The notes under the pieces were generated by a model. That model saw only the letters and a program-made list of their open reading frames with translations. It made no database searches and was not told where the DNA came from. Position numbers and translations under genes: made by a program. A stretch of 63,042 nt of DNA, the filler included, from Folioceros fuciformis (taxonomy: Eukaryota), in NCBI GenBank assembly GCA_049999805.1. It is 6 parts of 6 records of this genome, joined end to end, with 100 filler letters (N's around TTAATTAATTAA, not from the genome) between each part and the next. Parts side by side here need not be neighbours in the genome. Positions count along the whole stretch, not along the records: positions 57,382 to 63,042 come from JBNGIO010005222.1; 5 more parts are not named here. One strand, 5' to 3'. Positions 57,706 through 63,042 of the stretch are shown here, in pieces; within the stretch, counting starts at the first letter, position 1, and each line of letters begins with the position of its first letter.

Positions 57706-60700
57706 ACTGGTAATGACACGATTAAGGATGTAGGTTGCCGCCACTATGGCCTCGGCCCAATAGCCCTGTGGTAAGTTTGCCGATAAGAGCATGCTTCTTG
57801 TCATTGAAAGCAAGGTTTGGTTCTTGCATTCTGACACAACATTCTGTTGCGGTGTGTAGGGCACTGTAAGCTGGCACAAGATTCCTTAAGCTTGCAAGAG
57901 GTCATTAAAGGATGAGTTGACAAATTCAGTGCTGTTATCAATTCTGAGGGTCTTCAGAAGCTGTCTTGACTGTCTCTGGGCTATGGTAAGCCATTCCTTG
58001 AAGCAGGCATAGGTGTCACTTTTCAGCTGCAGGGGGTAGGTCCACGTGTAGCGGCTGTAGTCATCATTGACTGTTAGAAAGTAACGAGCACCTCCAAGGG
58101 AGGGCTCATGAACTTTGCCTGAGATATCTACGTGGACTAGCTCAAGGACTCGGGTGGCCCTCTGTGCAGGTGAATCAGGGAAGGGTGACTCCTTCTGCTT
58201 AGCAAGGATGCATGATTCGCACACAGGTGACTGCTTGAAGCATTTGGGCAGAGGTTCTCAGTGGCACTCTAGGGCTGACATGTTAATAAGCTTCGACCTA
58301 TTAACGTGTCCTAGGTGGGCATGCCATAATAGGGCGTGCTATGCTTCACTTAGGTTAGGACCTGTGGTTGAGTGGATGACCTCTGTGTGCGGGTCTAAAC
58401 TGTGACAGGTGATGTTCAGCCTGTATAGGTTGCTCTCGGCAGTCCCTCAAAAGCACATGTGTGGGGACATGACTGCCTGTAGAAGCAGCAATGCTCAGAG
58501 GTCTGCTTACCTGTAGAAGACCCGCTGTCTCATGAGGTGGCTCATGGACATGAGGTTCTTGGCCATGCCTGGGGCATAAATGACATCTATCAAGGTTAGT
58601 TTAGTGCCATCGTGGAGGCAGAAGACACAGGTACCCTTGCCCTCAATGCGTAGACTTGTCTTGCTCTGCTCATCTGCAAGAATACTTGACCACTTTTTTG
58701 TGTTAGGTCAAGGGTACTAAAGAGGTCCCTTTTCTTGCAGATATGGGTCGTTGCCCTGGAGTCGAGGTACCAGCAGCTATCATCACTGAGAGTGCTGGAC
58801 AAGCAGATTGTCAGTATCTTCACGGGAGCCTTCGAGTCTCCTAGTTTGTTTTGCCTCACGGCCACGTTTGCGGCTGGTTTTTGCTGTCTATAGGGCTCAC
58901 CGACCCTTCTTTTCCGGCATTCTTTGGCCCAGTGGCCGAGGAGGCCACACGAATTGCAGTTGTTAGGTCTCTTGACAGGGCTTGAAGGTTCCCCCCTCTG
59001 TCCCTGCATTGCTGTGCTTCTAGGTCTGGTTCTTCCCTTGCGGAAGTTTGTGGCTAATACCTTCTCTCCCTTGTTCCTAAAGGTGGATGAGAAGGCGCGG
59101 CTCTGCTCTTCCTGGAATAGCGCACCAATCACCTCCTCCAAGGTGATGGTCGCTGTCTGGCCATAGGCAGTTGCGGCAGCGCGTATGGGGCCGTTTTGGC
59201 CCGTAAGAAAGGTCTGGTTGGAGGCAGGAAGACTGCTCAGCAGTTGGGCTACAGCGTCCACCTCTAACATCTTCTCTCTTGTCATCGCAGTGAGTTGGGC
59301 ACATAGGTGCCGGAACTTGCTGACATGTGAGACCACCTTTTCTCCCTCTTTCATTTTAAGGGAGAAGAACTCTTGCCTGACTGCGCATAGCGTCATCATG
59401 TTCTGGATTTTGTATGTCTTTTCTAATTGGTCTCATATGCCATGCGCAGATGTGAGGTACTCTACCTCTGGGACCAAGTTTGCATCCGGCCCACCTATAA
59501 TTAGGGCAACAGCAATGGCAGTATGTTGTTCCCACTTGGCAATTTCGTCAGCTGTGGGGGTAGGACTGGTGTTGGGGTCAGGTTTGGGGTAGGAGCCGTC
59601 AACGACGGCCCAGACTCCCTTGGTCAGCAAGGTGGCCTTCATCATGACTCTCCATACAATGTAGCCAGACTTCTTAAACCTGTCCTTCTCCTTGAGTTCT
59701 GAGGTGAAGGTAGGTGTGCTTGACGATGCTGCCATTGCTGATTGTTGGGCTTGGGTATGTAGAGAAAGGTGATGGAAGCCACTGATGAGGGAGTTGAGTT
59801 GTGCAGGGGTGACCATGTACGCCTACACCGACCAAGGGAGCTATGGCTACGGTGGTACGAGGGGGTAGGTGCGCGTGTGACTCCTACTATTGTACTATTG
59901 CTGGGACGTAGGTGGCGGAGCCTAGTTGGGCACAGAGTTCGGGTGCCATCGGGGTGGTGGCTTCTCAATCCTACGCCTAGTTGAAGGCTTTGCCACTGAC
60001 GACCGCAGCATGGGTACCCCTAGGGTGACGAGGGAGCTAACACAGCCTGTTAGGCCCGGATGGGGAAATAATGTTCTTATTGCTATTATTTCCAAGGGGC
60101 GGACCGAGGGGTTGAGCCCTAGGGTTTGAGTCCATGTGGGCTGTTACTAACCGTCATGTCCCAGCAGCGGGAAGAGGTTCACCAGGTGGCCCAATGGGGA
60201 GGCATCGAGGTCGATCTCAGCGAGGGGCATGGAGCGCATTGCACCGGTTTGCGTATGGGACGCCGAACCTACCCATTCGCCTGGGTCGGTGCTCCCTGGC
60301 AGCGGAAGTGTCTAGGGCCCAAGGCCGTGTGATCCGGACTTGGTAGGCAAATCCCTTGAATTTCGCCTCTGTTGATCAAGGTTCTTGAGGAAATCTGCAA
60401 CCTGGCAGATGCTCTCACGGATTTTGTTAGAGGTGGGAGACTCAGGGGTCTTAAGTTCGAGGTCGGAGCATTGAGCGTGGATTCTGGAGGAAGCCTGATA
60501 CGAGAGCAAACTGGACAGCAATCCTCCACGTGGTTGGGGATGTTGTGGGACCTATCAAGAATCTTCCTCAACCCTTTGTGTGGGTTGATGTCTGCGTTGC
60601 CCTGGTGTGTGGCACGTGTTCTAGGTGCTGGTAAGGGCCCCCAAGCGTTGAGCGAGTAGCGCGCCGGCGTGGAGTGTTCGCAGGCACAGTGGGTGCCGAA

Positions 60701-61163
60701 GGTGCGGTCGCGTTGCAAGGGGAATTGCTGGCATTGGGGAGGAGAGTACTGCCGTCGCGGGAGCCGGGCTCTCCCTCTCCTAGGGACGTGCGCACTTTCT
60801 GCTGAGAGGTGCGCCAAGCGATCAAGTGGGCAGCCTGCGGCGGTGAGTCTCCTTTCTGGCGCGCACTCGAATCTGCCCCTACTGGGAGCGCCCTGCCTCG
60901 GCATGGTTTTAGGATTCCTCTGGAAGTTTCAGCATGGCTCTAATACCATGAGAACAAAGTGATTAGGGAGCATAACAATTCTTGGAATAGTTCTCTATGT
61001 GTTTTACAATTGAATAATAAAATCAAGTTTTATAATAGCGTTACTGCTTAAATAGCAGTTTATCCACCTAACCAATTTACCCTCAAACAGTTGTGCCGTT
61101 TCATCTGTGTTTACCTAGCACTTATGTTTAAATATAGTTAGAGGCACTATATATTCTCTAACA
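57706..61163 (-). mobile_element. Ty1/copia element 15, 5' part: 5' LTR 60949-61163, PBS 60936-60948, 1.1-kb leader, gag from 59816, PR, IN
   Basis: PBS TGGTATTAGAGCC; ELKEKDRF, CNSCGLLGHWAKEC, WYLDSRAT, HVDISGK. Confidence 0.92.
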
Positions 61164-63042
61164 TCCTAGCCACACCTTTTTGGAGAAAGGGTCAACGAAT
61201 CTTCTATGGCAGCGCCAACAGTCCTAATCTTCAACGGCGCGCACTGCCCTAGCAATTATTGGTAGGTTAAGGCCTCTTGGTAGGTGTGCACAATTAAAGT
61301 TGGTGGCGAGAAGAGAGCTAGTGTGAGAGAAGGGTAGCCCACCACCTACATGTAGGAGAGGGTTCATGTGTCGATCTCTCCTATAAGAAGGGGCTACACA
61401 AAGAAATGAACCACCATATTCTACACTCTTCTCATGGCGAGTTCTCATGCTTAGCAGAGCGTAGGAATCTCGTTGCCGGCTGTGTGCCATCACAGCTCCT
61501 GGTTGTGGCTAGAGTTGCAGTGGTCGAAGGACTTGGCGAAGGCCTCATATTCTTGCATGGGCACCCCTGCAAGTTGCTTCCCTTGTGAATGGTTGTTGTG
61601 TTGCTGTAGCTATGTGGCAATACCTATGCGATTTTTGGCTTGAGGGTAGACTCTAGGGAAAGACTTCCTTGAAGTTCTCGCTAATAGGCACAAGCACGCA
61701 GCAACCGGCCCAAGGAAAAACTTCTTGGTCGTTGAATGTAGGGAGACGAGCAATTGGATCGTTGTGGAAGGTGTTGTAAGGAGACTTGTGAGGAAAGGGG
61801 TATTGGGTGTAGGTAGTTAGAAATCGGTAGGGGGAGGTACTAGGGCCCTTCCAAGTGACGGAATGGTGCCTTCCTACTGACAAGACGGGTTGAAGGAACG
61901 CACGCGTTAGGGAAGGTTGAATGTCATAGGTGAATGATAAACACAGTTGGTGGGAGCTGACCAGGCTCGGAGGGGAGCGGTACTAGGGAAGCCTACAACG
62001 ACCGTGGGATTGATGTGGCCATGATACATGTGAGTGGGTGCTTGGTAGGGGTACCATACCCGCTTGCCCACAATATAATTAAAGATAATTGTTAGGATCG
62101 AAACAAGATTCATCTTTATCTATGTTTTGTGAAGTGGAAACCTTATATATGTATACATAGGCTACAAAGGTCTGAACTTGAGATTTACCTTCGAGAGATT
62201 ATCTGCCAATGTATAGGAGACTTACATTAGTGTGTTGATCTGGATCCCTCAAAGGTTAACTTGAGGAGTGTGATACGAAACACCTCAACCGTATAGGGAG
62301 CTAGCCCGAGTAACGAGGGCCAAACAAGATGTCTTGCACTGGTAATAGCCCCGATGACTTGGCTTGTCCTCAGACCGCAAGACCGTTAGATGCTACCAAG
62401 GCCGGGGAAGAAAATATGTTGATCAAGCTTCCACTAGAGCTCTCCACGCGATGGGAGAAGCAGTTGCGCACAGGATCACAAGAGCCCTTGGGTGTATTGA
62501 CCTTCAAGATTGATCTGCATAAACCTATGGCTCCTCCACAGGTCATTTCATGACTAAAACACATCCACATCTCGCACTTTCCCGGGCCCAGTTGTGTGTG
62601 TAGCCAATTCAATAGGGTTGTACATGAAGGACTTGGTGATGAGTAGACTAGACTAGGATTGATGAGCTCACTCTTTTCCTTGCCATGTTGCGCAGTGCAC
62701 GATGAGGGTGGCTGGGACCGATGGACAGTCACCGGCCACGTATGTGTTGATCAATAGATCCCAGGAGTCTCAGCCATCAATGATGACATTTTCCAAGACA
62801 CCTGGTCGTAACTCCTAGTGTAAGACGTGGTTTAGCTCACGTTCTTGGCTAGTACCTTAGGCCTAGAGTGTTGGTGGTCGCCAGCAATTTTTGGGCTATG
62901 TTGTAATTGTGTTGGAGATTGAGTTGAGCTTCTTCTTTTTTTTTTCATGAAGTACTGAAGCCCTTTCAAAACAAAATGATAAGTACAAAGAGCCCCTGTG
63001 AACCTCCAAACTTTGGGGTAGTAGTTTGTTTTGGTTGAAAAA

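Noticed and set aside
54965-61163. Elements 14 and 15 as one full-length element
   Set aside because: Separated by an artificial spacer, and their LTR sequences do not match.
61164-63042. Short ORFs at the right end of the window
   Set aside because: Multiple stops and no recognisable domain in the frames I read; left unannotated.

Overview
Eukaryotic, almost certainly plant, DNA (a plant-type MET1 fragment, tRNA-iMet-primed Ty1/copia elements). It is nearly all transposon-derived. It is not one contiguous locus: five artificial 100-bp spacers (N44-TTAATTAATTAA-N44) join six contigs. About 15 mostly decayed, nested Ty1/copia LTR retrotransposons, most with short LTRs (140-215 bp), can be traced. 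Two have both LTRs, PBS, PPT and a 5-bp TSD (17615-23876, with an uninterrupted 1343-aa partial gag-pol; 42595-48428). There is also a solo LTR, a GC-rich repeat family and a disrupted MET1/DNMT1 fragment (RFTS+BAH). The most notable signals lie outside gag-pol. (1) An antisense ORF between RNase H and the 3' LTR is conserved at protein level in three divergent elements of one family, and two copies have an N-terminal hydrophobic helix. (2) A covarying stem-loop with an invariant GGATGAAGC core lies just downstream of pol in five elements from two families. (3) Sense ORFs end 18-25 nt before the gag ATG in three different elements. (4) A covarying hairpin abuts the PPT in six elements. All alignments and folds were done by eye and need computational confirmation; novelty cannot be established without database searches.
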